This document shows positions 22,640-33,854 of a DNA stretch of 41,219 bases, piece after piece. This DNA is from Octopus sinensis (taxonomy: Eukaryota). The notes under the pieces are model-generated. The model had not been told where the DNA came from. It was given only the letters and a program-made list of their open reading frames with translations, and did not search any database. Both the position numbers and the translations under genes were made by a program. The first letter of the stretch is position 1, and every line of letters begins with the position of its first letter. The stretch lies in assembly GCF_006345805.1 (NCBI RefSeq), contig NW_021835116.1, positions 1 to 41,219 on the forward strand, in the 5' to 3' direction.

Positions 22640-23120
22640 AGTAAGATTTATTTCTAAATGCTGACTCATCATTTATATTCTTAATGGGGATGAAATTTGC
22701 ACCCTCATATGCTAACCTCATTATGGGTTTCTTACAAGGAAAACTATACAAGTAAGTAGAAAAGGCTTTCGACCAAAATTTCAAGAAAGATGCCATTGAA
22801 AAGTGGAGCCCCTTCCTCGATGACTGTTTCAGTTTTTAGGATAGATCAAATAATGATCTATGAATATTTTTAATAACATCCTCAACATTCTTCAGCCATC
22901 TATCAAATTCAAAGCAGAAACCAACTATAATGACTTACCAATCCCAGTGATTCACATAAAAATATGCAACTCCACAGTCACAACAGATATATTTTACAAC
23001 AGAAAAAGAATCAGTCACACATTGATGCTTCAACTTCTACTTTTGTCGTCCTTCACACATCAAATGGAACATGCCATACAGTTTGGCATGACGTATCTGT
23101 ACAATGGTTGTTTATGAAAA
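22640..23120 (+). mobile_element. Penelope-like element remnant, RT core and thumb
   Basis: MGMKFAPSYANLIMGFL...FLDDCF...NILQPSIKFKAE...LP......TDIFY corresponds to the PLE motifs MGT..APSYANL.M, RYIDD, HPSIKFT, LPFLD, TD.Y.KPT. Confidence 0.8.
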
Positions 23121-23480
23121 ATTCTCACCAAAACTAAATGCTTGAAAGAGAAGCAGAGACAATATGCATGCAACACTCTTTGAAATTCAACAAGTTATGA
23201 CCACTACTTTACATAATTAACTCATACAGGTTCTGCACCAAACTAACTTTCCCAGAAAATAAGGTTAGACAGAAATAATCAAACAGGAGTACTTGAATAC
23301 TCATGATTGACACTCTCCATGCATATTATTTTCTATGGAATCAATGAACATTGGAGCAAGTATATGCTTTCATTTGAAATCGGACTTTTTTGGATTTCAT
23401 TCCTATTTGATAGTAATTATGTTACTATAACCATGGTCTGACCAAAGCCCTGTGAGTGGATCTGGTAGACAGAAACTGAA

Positions 23481-25128
23481 ACCTCTCGTGGATCAGGTGA
23501 TGAAAATTGCAGAGAGAGTCCTAGCCTAATTAATCTGGGAGAGAATCTAGATGAGATGCAGTTTGGATTTGTGCCAGGGAGAAGCACCACTGATGCTATA
23601 TTTCTGGTAAGACAGCTGCAGGAGAAATTCCTTTCAAAGATAAACCTCTGTACTTGGCTTTTGTTGACTTGGAGAAAGTTTTTGACAGAGCGCCCAATCC
23701 CTTATCTGGTGGTCAACACAGCAACTAGGGATAGATGAGTGGTTGGTGAGAGCTGTACGAGCCTTGTACAGGGATGCAATCAGTAAGGTTAGGTTGGGCA
23801 ACGAGTACAGCAAAGAATTCAGGATGCAAGTAGGGGTTCACCAAGGATTGGTGCTCATCCCTCTCTTGTTCATCATAGTTCTCCAGGAAAAAACAGAGGA
23901 ATTTGAGACAGGCAGCCCCTGGGAGCACCTCTATGCTGATGACCTTGCTGTTATAGCTGAATCACTACCTGCACTAGAGAGGAAGTTCCCGGTATGGAAA
24001 CAAGGTCTAGAATCAAAGGGCCTTAGAGTTAACCTAGCAAAAACCAAAGTCATATTAAGTATTAAGGCAGACAGATCACAAATCCCTTCAGGTAGATGAC
24101 CCTGCTCAGTCTGTAGAAAAGATGTAGGTAGAAACTTCACAAGATACACCTAGTGTAAGCTTTGAATACACAAAAGGTGCAGCAACATCAAAGGAAGGTT
24201 AACAGAGAAACTTTCCTTTGTATGTAGGAGTTGTACAGGCGTAATAAATGCTGAATATGTGTGGAAAATAGACTTCATCGACTGCCAGGTAGTCAACAGA
24301 AAGAGGTAGTAGATAGCTTCTGGTATCTAGGCAACCAGGTCAGTAGTGGAGGTGGTTATTCCAAGAACATTGCTGTGAGAATAAGATTAGTTTGGGCAAA
24401 GTTCAGAGAGCTGCAACCCCTGCTGGCAACAAAGGGCTTCTCTCTCAGAGTAAAAGGCAGATTGTTTACTGCCTGTGTGTGAATATCAATGCAGTATGGC
24501 AGCGAAACATGGGCTGTAACAGCTGAGGACATGTGTAGGCTTGAGAGAAATGAAGCCAGTATGATTTCCGAAACTTGAACCTCACAGAAGCAATGACTAG
24601 TGACCAAGACCTTTGATGATGTGCTCTGCTTAAGAGGACTCATCAAGTCAAGTGCACCCATACTGGTGGCACAAAAAAAAAATCAACCTTGAATATTGGG
24701 CCTCACAGAGACAAAGTAGCTGAGTTCCTTTCGAGTGTTGGGCCTCACAGAATCAAGGTGGCTGAGTTCCTTTTGAGCATTGGTTCCATGGCGGCAAAGT
24801 GGCTGAGTTACTTTCGAGTTTTGGGCTTCACGGAGGCAATGACCAAGACCTTTGGCATTATGTCATTCTTGAGAAGAAGACCCATCAAGTGGAGCACAAT
24901 CGCAGTCATGGCAGATATTGGTGTCACGCAAATGGCACCTGTGCCAGTGGGCCGTAAAAATACCCATTACACTCTTGGAGTGGTTGGCATTAGGAAGGGC
25001 ATCCAGCCATAGAAAACTATGCCAAATCAGACTGGATCCTGGCTCAACCTTCCAGTGTGTTACCTCCTGTCATATCATCCAACCCATACCAGCATGGACA
25101 ACGGATGTTAAATGATGATGATGATGAT
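23481..25128 (+). mobile_element. 5'-truncated, degenerate RTE LINE, same family as 13600-17452, with (GAT)n tail
   Basis: MQFGFVPGRSTTDAIFLVRQLQEKF, GVHQGLVLIPLLF, PWEHLYADDLAVIAES, GLRVNLAKTKV, VVDSFWYLG. It has 42-bp tandem repeats at ~24687-24850 and the tail GTTAAATGATGATGATGAT. Confidence 0.9.
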
Positions 25129-25289
25129 ATATATACATGCATGTGTTTGTTCCCACTACCACTTGATAACTGGTGTTGGTGTGTTTATGTCCATGTAACT
25201 TAGAGGTTCAGCAAAAGAGACTGATAAAATAAGTACCATACTTTAAAACTCGCTGCGTCGTTCTTGCTGAAGGTGAGGTGCATTTGCCC

Positions 25290-25723
25290 ATCTCCGTCGG
25301 TTAGCTGTACCTGCGCTTTACGTGGAGCGACGGGCCCGGTCGAGAAGAGCGCATGGATCCCACCGACCGCCACCACAAAAGCGGCAGTGGTGGGGCTCTC
25401 GTCTGCGACCTGCGGCCGCCGCGCGCCTGCCGGCCCGACAGCATAAAGGGTCGCGACGATGGATCGGGGGGGAAATGCGTCCGATGCCGGCACCCCGGAA
25501 ATCGAACGCCGACGAGGCAGCAGATGACCGCCACCGGCGCGTTCGTCGATGACGACGGCGCCTCGGCGGGAAGCAGCGGAGTGAGTCCCCTCACGATCAC
25601 GGTGAGCGGTCCTACCCGTTTACCCCTGGGCGGTTTCACGGTCTCTTGAACTCTCTCTCCAAAGTTCTTTTCAACTTTCCCTCGCGGTACTTGTCGGCTA
25701 TCGGACTCGTCCCTGTATTTAGC
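25290..25723 (-). rRNA. 28S rRNA (fragment): Dispersed 28S rRNA fragment (pseudogene): conserved core upstream of D2 plus part of the GC-rich D2 expansion segment
   Basis: Minus strand reads GCTAAATACAGGGACGAGTCCGATAGCCGACAAGTACCGCGAGGGAAAGTTGAAAAGAACTTTGGAGAGAGAGTTCAAGAGACCGTGAAACCG, the well-known eukaryotic LSU core, followed by very GC-rich sequence. The lower boundary is uncertain (25249-25320). No other rDNA lies nearby. Confidence 0.92.
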
Positions 25724-26118
25724 TACCAGTAGCACTCAATTGACTCAATGGGTGTGACTCTCTGATCTCACTCTGCTGCCTTATAGATAGACTTTTTAGT
25801 CAAAGGCTCCGGGTGGGGTCTCCTAAGCTGATCCCCTACTCCGGCATAGGCAACCAGGTAGTATACGCCTACTGAAAACCATGGATCCTTTTCTCTTTCA
25901 CCATGGTTTGGATGGCACGAGCAGGAGGGGCTCGTCAGCCATGGTTGGCAACCCTCCTAGGAGAGGATAACTCTGACTTGAAACCTACGTCCTGAGGATC
26001 TCGATGTCACCGTCCCAGCTCGCTAGGCCATGGTAGATGAACCTTGTGCTTAAAGGGTGGGGCCAGTTTGCATGCACTGCACTTCACCTTAAAACTCCCT
26101 AGTGCAGGCCAAAGGACA
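25724..26118 (+). mobile_element. Probable RTE-clade 5' UTR fragment
   Basis: Contains GGCAACCCTCCTAGGAGAGGATAACTCTGACTTGAAACC (~25947-25985), resembling a motif I recall from RTE 5' UTRs (GGCAACC...CTAGGAGAAGGAAAACTCTGA.TT.AAACC). No ORF follows. Confidence 0.55.
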
Positions 26119-26272
26119 CTAAGGTTGATCCACTTGACTAAAAATTCTTCAAGGCAGTGCTGCTCCAGCATGGACAGAGAGTAGTGATGAAACAAACTGA
26201 AGATATTTGAATATTGTAATTCTTATTTCAAAACAAAATAATTTGAACAGAATAAAAATGGTAAATTCTTAC

Positions 26273-26521
26273 CTGTACTGATGGCAGGAATTGCAATTGA
26301 TGTATAAGACTTTTCTTCAAGAACTGCCAAACAATTTCGAACAGATACTGAAAGGTAATCCATTTCCTGATCCCATCCATTTTTCCAAACGGGTCCAACA
26401 GCATGAATGATAGTCTTGCATTTGAGTTTACCAGCTTTAGTTGACACTACTTCTCCAGTTTTCAGTTCACTCCTTCTTTTTTTCATAATTTTGTTAGATT
26501 CAATTTGAATTTCAGGCCCAC
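26273..26521 (-). CDS. PARP14-like: Exon of PARP14/PARP9-like protein (central macrodomain), phase 1-1
   Basis: Acceptor tctttgcAG at 26523-26522 and donor GTAAGA at 26272; 249 bp. Encodes (G)GPEIQIESNKIMKKRRSELKTGEVVSTKAGKLKCKTIIHAVGPVWKNG...LSVSVRNCLAVLEEKSYTSIAIPAIST(G), with the macrodomain motifs T.AG.L, IIHAVGP and SIAIPAISTG. Confidence 0.92.
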
Positions 26522-27141
26522 CTGCAAAGATATTTGCCTTCTTATGTTCCTGTTTAATACATGTTAATATATGTCAATAATATTAATATGCCACACATGA
26601 CACGTGTGTCATGCTTAAGAGAAAGAAATTCTTGAAAGAAGTTTTGTTGCTTAAATAAAATTTTTTAAGTAGGTCTCTTGTAATTTCCGGGAGAGATTTG
26701 AAACTACGACCTATGTGTTGTATTACTACTTCTCAATACCCATGCCTTCTGGGTCACTGAAGCAACAACACTCTTAATGAGAAAATTAAGATACTTAAAT
26801 TTGATGCTGGGTGTCATGTAAGGGAGAGAGGAAGTGAGAGAGAAAGAGACAGAATGAAAAAGAGAGAGAGAGAGGGGGAGAGAGATGACAGCATGAAGCT
26901 GTCTTTTCAGAGTGGCTGATTATTTGAATTCCTTTCTACGATTAAACTGAAATTGACCCCTGGCTATTAAACGTCCAAATACACACACACATATGCACAC
27001 ACATTTCTTTTAGGTCTTCTACCCATTTGAATTCGGCCATACACCTGATGACATGGTAAGTCTTATGTTCCAAGGCTTAAATTTTGAATTTTTTTTAACT
27101 ATAAAATTACACGTCAGCCAAAAAGACATCTTTTGGCTTTC

Positions 27142-27639
27142 AAATACAAACTTTTCTTTCTCTTTCTATATTTTTTGTTAAGTTAGAATTTCTCTGTTTT
27201 AATCAGGATGTTTCTAATTCTTTTTTTTTTTGCTATCAAGTAAGCATTTAAAAATAAATTTAAAACCATGGAGTCGAAGAAAATCAATAATATTCTATTT
27301 TCCCCTATAGTATGACAGAGATTTGGCTGTTATTTCTATCAAATTGTTGATGTATATAAGTAAACAAAAACTTAAATACACACACACATACACACGGATA
27401 TATCAACGTATGTGTGTATCTGTCTGTGTGTGTGTGTGTGTGTGTGATAATAAGTGTCACGTGGTGGAAATAAACACAACTTTCTCTTTCTATATTTCTT
27501 GTTAAGTTAGAATTTCTCAGTTTTGGTCAGGATTTTCAAATTTCTTTTTTCTTGTATCAAGCAATTGGCAAAAGCATTTAAAAAAAATTGAATTCATGGA
27601 GCCAAACAAAATCATAAATATTGATTCTATTTTTTCCCT
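27142..27639. repeat. Diverged ~165-bp direct repeat pair (27142-27305; 27469-27639)
   Basis: Shared TTTCTCTTTCTATATTT.TTGTTAAGTTAGAATTTCTC.GTTTT..TCAGGAT...AAGCATTTAAAAA...CATGGAG...AAAATCA...ATTCTATTTT. Confidence 0.8.
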
Positions 27640-27867
27640 TTACTTTTTACTTTCCTACAATATAATTAATTACCGTATCCTAGGGAACGTGTCCTTGCAT
27701 ATTAGGCGAGTATTTCAGAAATATTTTCGCCTTTTAAACAAAAACTGTCTAATACATTCAGATATGTTTTTTCAATTGAAACACTCTGAATCATTTTGGA
27801 CATCACTTGAGTGATTTTTATGTTCATTTACAACCATCATGTGTTGTCAAGACCTGGCTACTCACCC

Positions 27868-27886
27868 ACACACACACACACATATA

Positions 27887-27931
<45 letters not shown>

Positions 27932-27935
27932 TATA

Positions 27936-27977
<42 letters not shown>
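27868..27977. repeat. (CA)n(TA)n microsatellite
   Basis: Direct inspection. Confidence 0.95.
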
Positions 27978-27979
<2 letters not shown>

Positions 27980-28439
27980 AGTATGTATATACCTCCCAAA
28001 AGGCTGTTAGCATCCAAGTTCCACGGTTTTATCCAATGTGTCGGTGAGATAATAAAAAAGATGTTAGCTTCTCATTGATGCAAAAGAGTATATTATCATT
28101 TATGTATAAGGAAAGAAAATGGAGAAATTCCCATAACAAATAACATCAATTGAGCATTTCATTAGGGTTAGAAATCAAGAAAAAAAAGAATCCCATCCCA
28201 CAGTTATGCACATGTTAATGTTTTTTAAATAAACCCTTACTTGTGTTGATGCATTGTTTTTATTATTAGTATTGTTGTTGTTGTTGTTATCTTATTTATG
28301 TGCATGTGTGTGTTAATATAATTGCAAAACAACACGACCATTAGATTTGTACAATCAATGCTTTCGCTACAGTTAGTGGTAAGCAGATCAATTTATTCAA
28401 ATCAAGGATTTGATTTAGAAAAAGAAGACAATGGAGTTC

Positions 28440-31400
28440 ATCCCTAGACTTATTGACAAGAAAATGGGAAAGCAGGGAAGGACCAAAAGTGACAAAGGAG
28501 TACCACTGTTGAATAAGTTTACAACAAAAAGATACCCACCACCAAATATTCACCAAGCAAACTTTGAAGATGAGTCGTGCAAAATACTAAAAAATTTTAA
28601 ATCTTAAAAATACCCCCCACCCCCGAGGAAATATGCATTTGAGAAAGATTAAAACATTAATCTTGGAACTTAAGAGAAATGATGGTATTATTGTACACTT
28701 GGACAAGACTAGGAATATCTGAAATATATATTAGTATCATGAACTATTAAAAAAAGGAAATTACTAGCAGTTACATAATAAAAATATTGTTACGGAATCA
28801 CCTGCCATCGCTCGCCCGAACGGGCAAGTTCGCTACGGAACCCAGGAGAGGAGAGGAGAGAGATACAACAACAACAGCAGCAGCACGAAGAGATACAGAG
28901 GCAATCGAGAGAGACACAAAGAGGCAAGGCACAACTGGCTTACATTTAACAACTAGTTTATATGACAATCAATTGTTACAACATCAAATACATTTCAGAT
29001 ACATTTAAAAGAGGACATGCACGTGACAACTCAATACATCATACAGGTATACCACAGATCAAAGCATTTAAACATGCAAGTAACAATATAACCGTCCGGT
29101 AACAACACATCAAGTTCAATACATCAGCATTTCAAGAGTACACGTCCGAAGACACAGTTCTATTTCAAAACACATCAACAAGTCATATACAGTTCAAAGG
29201 ACATTACAGGCCTAACAGTTCAATGTTCATTATACAATGTTCAAATCACAACACTGTACACAATGTCTTTACACAATTCACATTGTTCTTTTCACTGTCT
29301 CATTTCTTTTCACTGTTCAATACATCAGTTCCTTGTCCTTCTTTTTCTTCACATATCAATACACAATTCACGTACCTTACATTAGCCAACGCCTCATATT
29401 GTACATCATCTCCATCGCCGCCTATTCCTCTGTATATATCTCTCTCTGTCCCAATACTCCAAGACCGCCGACTGCTTAAATTCCAACCGCTCGCCTCAAC
29501 TCCCAAAAACCGACTGCTCGCTTTGACGACCGAATACCGACTCCTCGCCTTGACGACCGAATACCGACTCCTCGCCTTGACGACCGAATACCGACTGTCC
29601 AAACGTCTTGCTCTCTCACCACCCCTCAATCTGTCTTAGCACTGCTAATATTCTCTCTATCTGCTCTCAGATCCCTTACTCTGTCTTTCTCACTACTTTC
29701 CTCCTCCTCTTCTTCACTGTCACTAGATTCTTCCTTACTCTATCTTCCTCGGCCCTCACATCTCTCTGACCCCTAATCGACCGGCACAAGGCCAAAGGTC
29801 CCTCCAAAAGCCATTACTCTTCCAGTAAACAAAGGGCTGTAGCTTTTTATTCCAGACTTTCTGTCTACACTCTCAACAAAGTAGGTCAAGAAATACTGTA
29901 CTAGCCGAACCACAACAATATATTGAGAACTATTAACCTAATATCGATAAAGATAATGACCGATTACAAATTGGATGATAGGACTAAACCTTTTGTTCCA
30001 AAGAAACCTAGGATTATGCTAAAAGACCATAAGGAGAATTTCTATGACAACCCTAAAGTAGGATTAATTTGCCCAGGTAAATCAGACTTAGGTAGGCTAA
30101 ACTACGCCAGTACAGATAAGTATGTACCTGCAGTTAAGAACATGATAAAATTAAAGCTTTGGTCTATACATAAAAAGTAACTGATTGGTTTAATGGAATT
30201 GATAATAAAAAAGAAAGAAATTTTTACAAATTCATACAGATAATTATTATTCTTCTATTAACCATATATTATTAAATAAGGCTCTTTTGTTTTTGAGAAA
30301 AACTCTAAATGAACTATGGAAGAAATTAACATAATTTTAGCTGTCACGAAAATAGTTATTGAATTTCACAACAAATATTGGATTTAAAAAGTTAATAATG
30401 ATGGCTTTCATATAACAATGGGATCTGAGGAGTTTGCACATGTCACTGATCTAGTAGGTATATATATTTATTTAATTTAAGTAGAGATTTTCCTGAACTT
30501 AGCGGAGGTTTGTATGGGGATGATAAACCCTTTTGCTCTTAGAAACTTTTCTAATAGAAAATTAGAAATGTGTAGAAGAAATTTTATAGATTTAAAAAAA
30601 AAACTTTGGACTCTCCAAAACTATTGACATTGAGAATGAGTCAGTAAACATTTTAGATGTTAACCTTAACCTCATTATTGGCAACCACAAACCATTACAT
30701 AAATCGAACACCAACTTTAGATATACAAATATTGGAAGTAATCATCCAAGATCTATTACAAATTCTTTGATTTACAATGTATCTAGAAGAATCTCAACTT
30801 TATGGCTAAATGAGGAGATTTTCAACAAAAATGTGGACTTTTACAACATGGCACTTGGGAGGGCAGGACATAAGCAGAAGTCAAAATATTGTGCACCTAG
30901 CATAAGCTCCAGGGAATAATTTAAATATAACAGAAAATTAAAAGCATTTGAACAAAATAGAAATAAGGGTAAGAATAAAAATAAGTATAAACTAAATAAC
31001 AATGATATTCTAAATATGAAAAACGATTCATTGCTTCATTCCTCTACGATATTCATAAAAGTAAAGATGATATTAAATGACATACCCCATATATAAATAA
31101 AATGATTAACACTTACATAATTATAATGAAACTTATAAATTATTTGGTTAATTATTCCATTTGCCAAATAAATTAAGAGTAATTAGTTTAATCTCTTTAT
31201 AAACTATTTACAAATCACTTTTCTAAGGAAATGAAGTATTATGACATAATTAATCCTAGCAGGCTCTGTGTTGGATTTTATGTCTCGACCAATGTTTCCC
31301 AGATTATATTTTCACTTAACAATAAACAGTTAACTAATTTCTGTAATAGTACAGTTAGATTTAGTAATGACGCATTACTTGACAACAAAAATAATTCTGA

Positions 31401-31870
31401 TTATAGTGAATATATAAAAAAAGAAATCTTCTAAAGTATGAAGGGAGACAATGAACGTTGTATCCTATTGTAACCAGAATACTAAAGCTTTGAGCAATGA
31501 TAATACTGAAAGCAGGTCTATAAGGGCCAATAAAAATAAAAATATGTATTGTAACTGCAAATTTAAGGGTAACTGTTTGTTTAAAAATTGTTACAAATAA
31601 AAAGAATGTAGTATATAGAAGTAAAGTGGAAGCTGAGGGTAAAAACTGTTTTTACATAGGATCTACAGAAAATTACATAAAAATGCATATTACAAACCAT
31701 GATTGCACAATTAGAAACAGAAGTAAATTACCTTATACTAGTCTAAAGAAGTTTATTTGAGAATTAAAGGACAATAATAAAAATTATAACCTAAAGTGGG
31801 AAATCATAAGACATGCTAAATCCTATAAAACTGGAAATTCTGATTGCAATTTTTGTATTGATAAAATTTT
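28440..31870 (+). mobile_element. Long degenerate Penelope-like element, Naiad-like (RT + C-terminal GIY-YIG), interrupted by a solo LTR
   Basis: YPPP....NFEDE, IVHLDKTRNI, LKDHKENFYDNPKVGLICPGKSDLG, TMGS...AHVTDLVG, GLYGDD, V..LDVNLNL, SNHPRSI...SRRISTL, and at ~31550-31865 CNCKFKGNC...VVYRSKV...YIGSTE...NH...TSLKKFI*ELK...KWEII..AKSY....CNFC. Many frameshifts. Confidence 0.82.
28788..29917 (-). mobile_element. Solo LTR (1130 bp; probably Ty3/Gypsy) with 4-bp TSD ATAT
   Basis: Starts TGTTACGG and ends CCACAACA (TG...CA with imperfect terminal inverted repeats). ATAT lies at 28784-28787 and 29918-29921, and removing the insert rejoins the PLE sequence. Internal 27-bp tandem repeat x3 at 29510-29597. 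Strand is tentative. Confidence 0.85.
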
Positions 31871-32134
31871 CAAGTTTTAACTTCTACACATAAACTTCTT
31901 AGCATATCATACTCTCACTAGTAATAATGAAAGTTTAAGAATAGATTAATCTACTTACCACTAACTGTATTGAAAGCATTGTCTATATAAATCTAATGGC
32001 TATGTTGTTTTTCAAATATATTAACACACACATGCACACAAATAATAAGATAAAAAGAATAATTATAAAAAGATAATGCATCTACACAAGTAACGTTTTT
32101 TAAAAGAAAATTAACATGTTCATGCATACACACA

Positions 32135-32283
32135 CGATGAGCTTCTTTCAGTTTCTATCAACGAAATCCACTCCCAAGGCTTTGGCCAACCATTGACCTA
32201 TAACAGAAGACACTTGTCCAAAATGCTGTGAGTGGAATTGAACCTGAAACCACAAGGTCAGGAAGCAAGCTTCTCAACCACAC
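32135..32283 (-). mobile_element. tRNA-SINE 5' part with Pol III A/B-box-like head
   Basis: Minus strand GTGTGGTTGAGAAGCTTGCTTCC...GGTTCAATTCC (B-box-like)...GGACAAGTGTCTTCTG...CCAAAGCCTTGGGAGTGGATTTCGTTGATAGAAACTGAAAGAAGC. Confidence 0.75.
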
Positions 32284-32329
32284 TTGGATCTAAAAAGAAA
32301 CATTAACTATAAAAAATGGTATTACTAAC

Positions 32330-33854
32330 CTTTCTGCACAATGGCTGCTGCAACCCCACACCAGTGTTCCAGTCTGCCATTTGCAGCATTAACAATAGCA
32401 TCTGTGTCCAGAGTCGTGATGTCACCTTCCTTCAACACTATTTCACAGTTCTTATACTTAACATTAACTATTTCAACTGTTTCACTTCCTAAATCTGAAT
32501 TTAACTTTTTACTCTCAGATTTCATCTGCTTTTCCCATAAGAAATTGTTTCCTTCTTCACTTTTCTGGGTTTCTTGAGATCTAAATGTTGCATCTTTTGA
32601 GCTGATATCTTTCCTTAAATTTTCTATAAATGTTTCCATTTTCCTAATTTGCTCTTGTGTTCCATCCAGGTGTAACTTATTATCTTTCAGACACACATTC
32701 TTAATTTTATTTTTCTCACTAAAGTCATTGATTTCCTGTTCTTTGAACTCTTTAAGAAAGAGGAAATGTGCAAGATTCATCGATATATAAGATTCGTAAA
32801 TTAAAGATTGCTCAAAGTTATCAATTTCGCTTTTTATAACATTAACTACAGCATCAACAGCAACAATAGACTTTTCTCCAATAAAACAGAAATCTAGAAA
32901 CTCTTCTTTTACACTTTTAACTAATGTCAGCCACTTTACATGATTTGGAGTATCCTTAATTTTGTCCACAAAATCCAGTGTATTGGCAACAAAAGTTTCT
33001 TTCATGATTTCTTCCAAAAGTGAAAGATGTGTTTTATCACTTGCATGAAGTAATACTGAATCACCATCACCCGTTTCCCATGAACCGATACATTTCTTGT
33101 TTCTCAGTTTTTCATCAAGATATTCTTTCACTGGTTTTTTATTTATGATCATTCCAGTATTTAAAGGCAAACACAGTTTCGATCTTACAACTGACTGAAG
33201 TATTTTATTCATATCCTTTTGACATTCGGCTATTTTCGAAGTGTGGCCTTTAAAAATAACTTTGTTACCATAAATTCTGACTTTTAGATCTTCAGATTGT
33301 CTTTCTGCCTGCTCAAAAAATTCGAGACCAGACAGAATACGTCTTTCGTGAATATTTAAATCATCCTCACGTTCCGTTCTAAGATTATCCAAAAGTCTCT
33401 TTTTCATTTTAATTACATTACTTTTATCAAATCCCAAAATATGAGCTTGGAAATTCCAGTTATCAAAATAAAAAATACCTTTTGGTCGGCTTCACTGTTA
33501 AATGTTCTAACAATGTCCTCAAAAATATCAGTTGGAACATCAATAGTTTCAATAGTAATGGAATTTAATAAATCTTCCAAACATTTTTCAATTTCCTCAA
33601 AATTTTCTTCAGAATATTTTAATTTCAGTTTATTAAACTTGGAATCTTTCCAAATTACTTCAGCCCATTTCTTTAATTGGTCATTAACTTTGATTTTATG
33701 TTTTGTAAGAAAGTCAGATGGAACTGGGAAGGTAGTAAATAGTCATGGACTTGCTGGCTTGAAATGGTATTTTCTTCAGATGGTTCCCAGAACGGTTGAA
33801 CATCTAACTCCACATCTTCCAATTGATGTCGTCTTCTACAAACGTCCAGCACAA
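32330..33854 (-). CDS. PARP14-like: Large exon of PARP14/PARP9-like protein (end of RRM-like region, KH-like repeats, start of macrodomain); two apparent -1 frameshifts
   Basis: Acceptor ctttttcataatttAG at 33856-33855 and donor GTTAGT at 32329. The 370-aa ORF ends EIVLKEGDITTLDTDAIVNAANGRLEHWCGVAAAIVQK(G), the macrodomain GDIT/NAAN start, and splices in frame to 26521. Upstream coding-like frames VLDVCRRRHQLEDVELDVQPF... and DFLTKHKIKVNDQLKKW...EADQK join it through frameshifts near 33715 and 33480. The RRM/KH assignment is inferred from PARP14 architecture. Confidence 0.85.

Larger units (their letters stand above)
23425..26203 (+). mobile_element. tRNA-SINE split into three pieces (23425-23480, 25129-25248, 26119-26203) by two later insertions
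   Basis: The pieces GACCAAAGCCCTGTGAGTGGATCTGGTAGACAGAAACTGAA | ...GTAACTTAGAGGTTCAGCAAAAGAGACTGATAAAATAAGTACC | ...GACTAAAAATTCTTCAAGGCAGTGCTGCTCCAGCATGG are collinear with the uninterrupted copy at 8850-9138 (-). Confidence 0.7.

Noticed and set aside
25200-25735. Overlapping GC-rich ORFs, or a bacterial or horizontally transferred island
   Set aside because: Explained by a eukaryotic 28S rRNA fragment; GC-rich sequence has few stop codons.
27040-27080. CTGATGA as a hammerhead core or C/D box
   Set aside because: There is no downstream GAAA or supporting stems; probably a chance match.
29223-29639. ORFs with RLLALTTEY repeats
   Set aside because: They are translations of the 27-bp tandem repeat inside the solo LTR.
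32340-32390. Zn-dependent macrodomain call from the H-x-C motif
   Set aside because: It lacks the upstream Cys and the loop extension, and continues GVAAAI as in MacroD-type domains.
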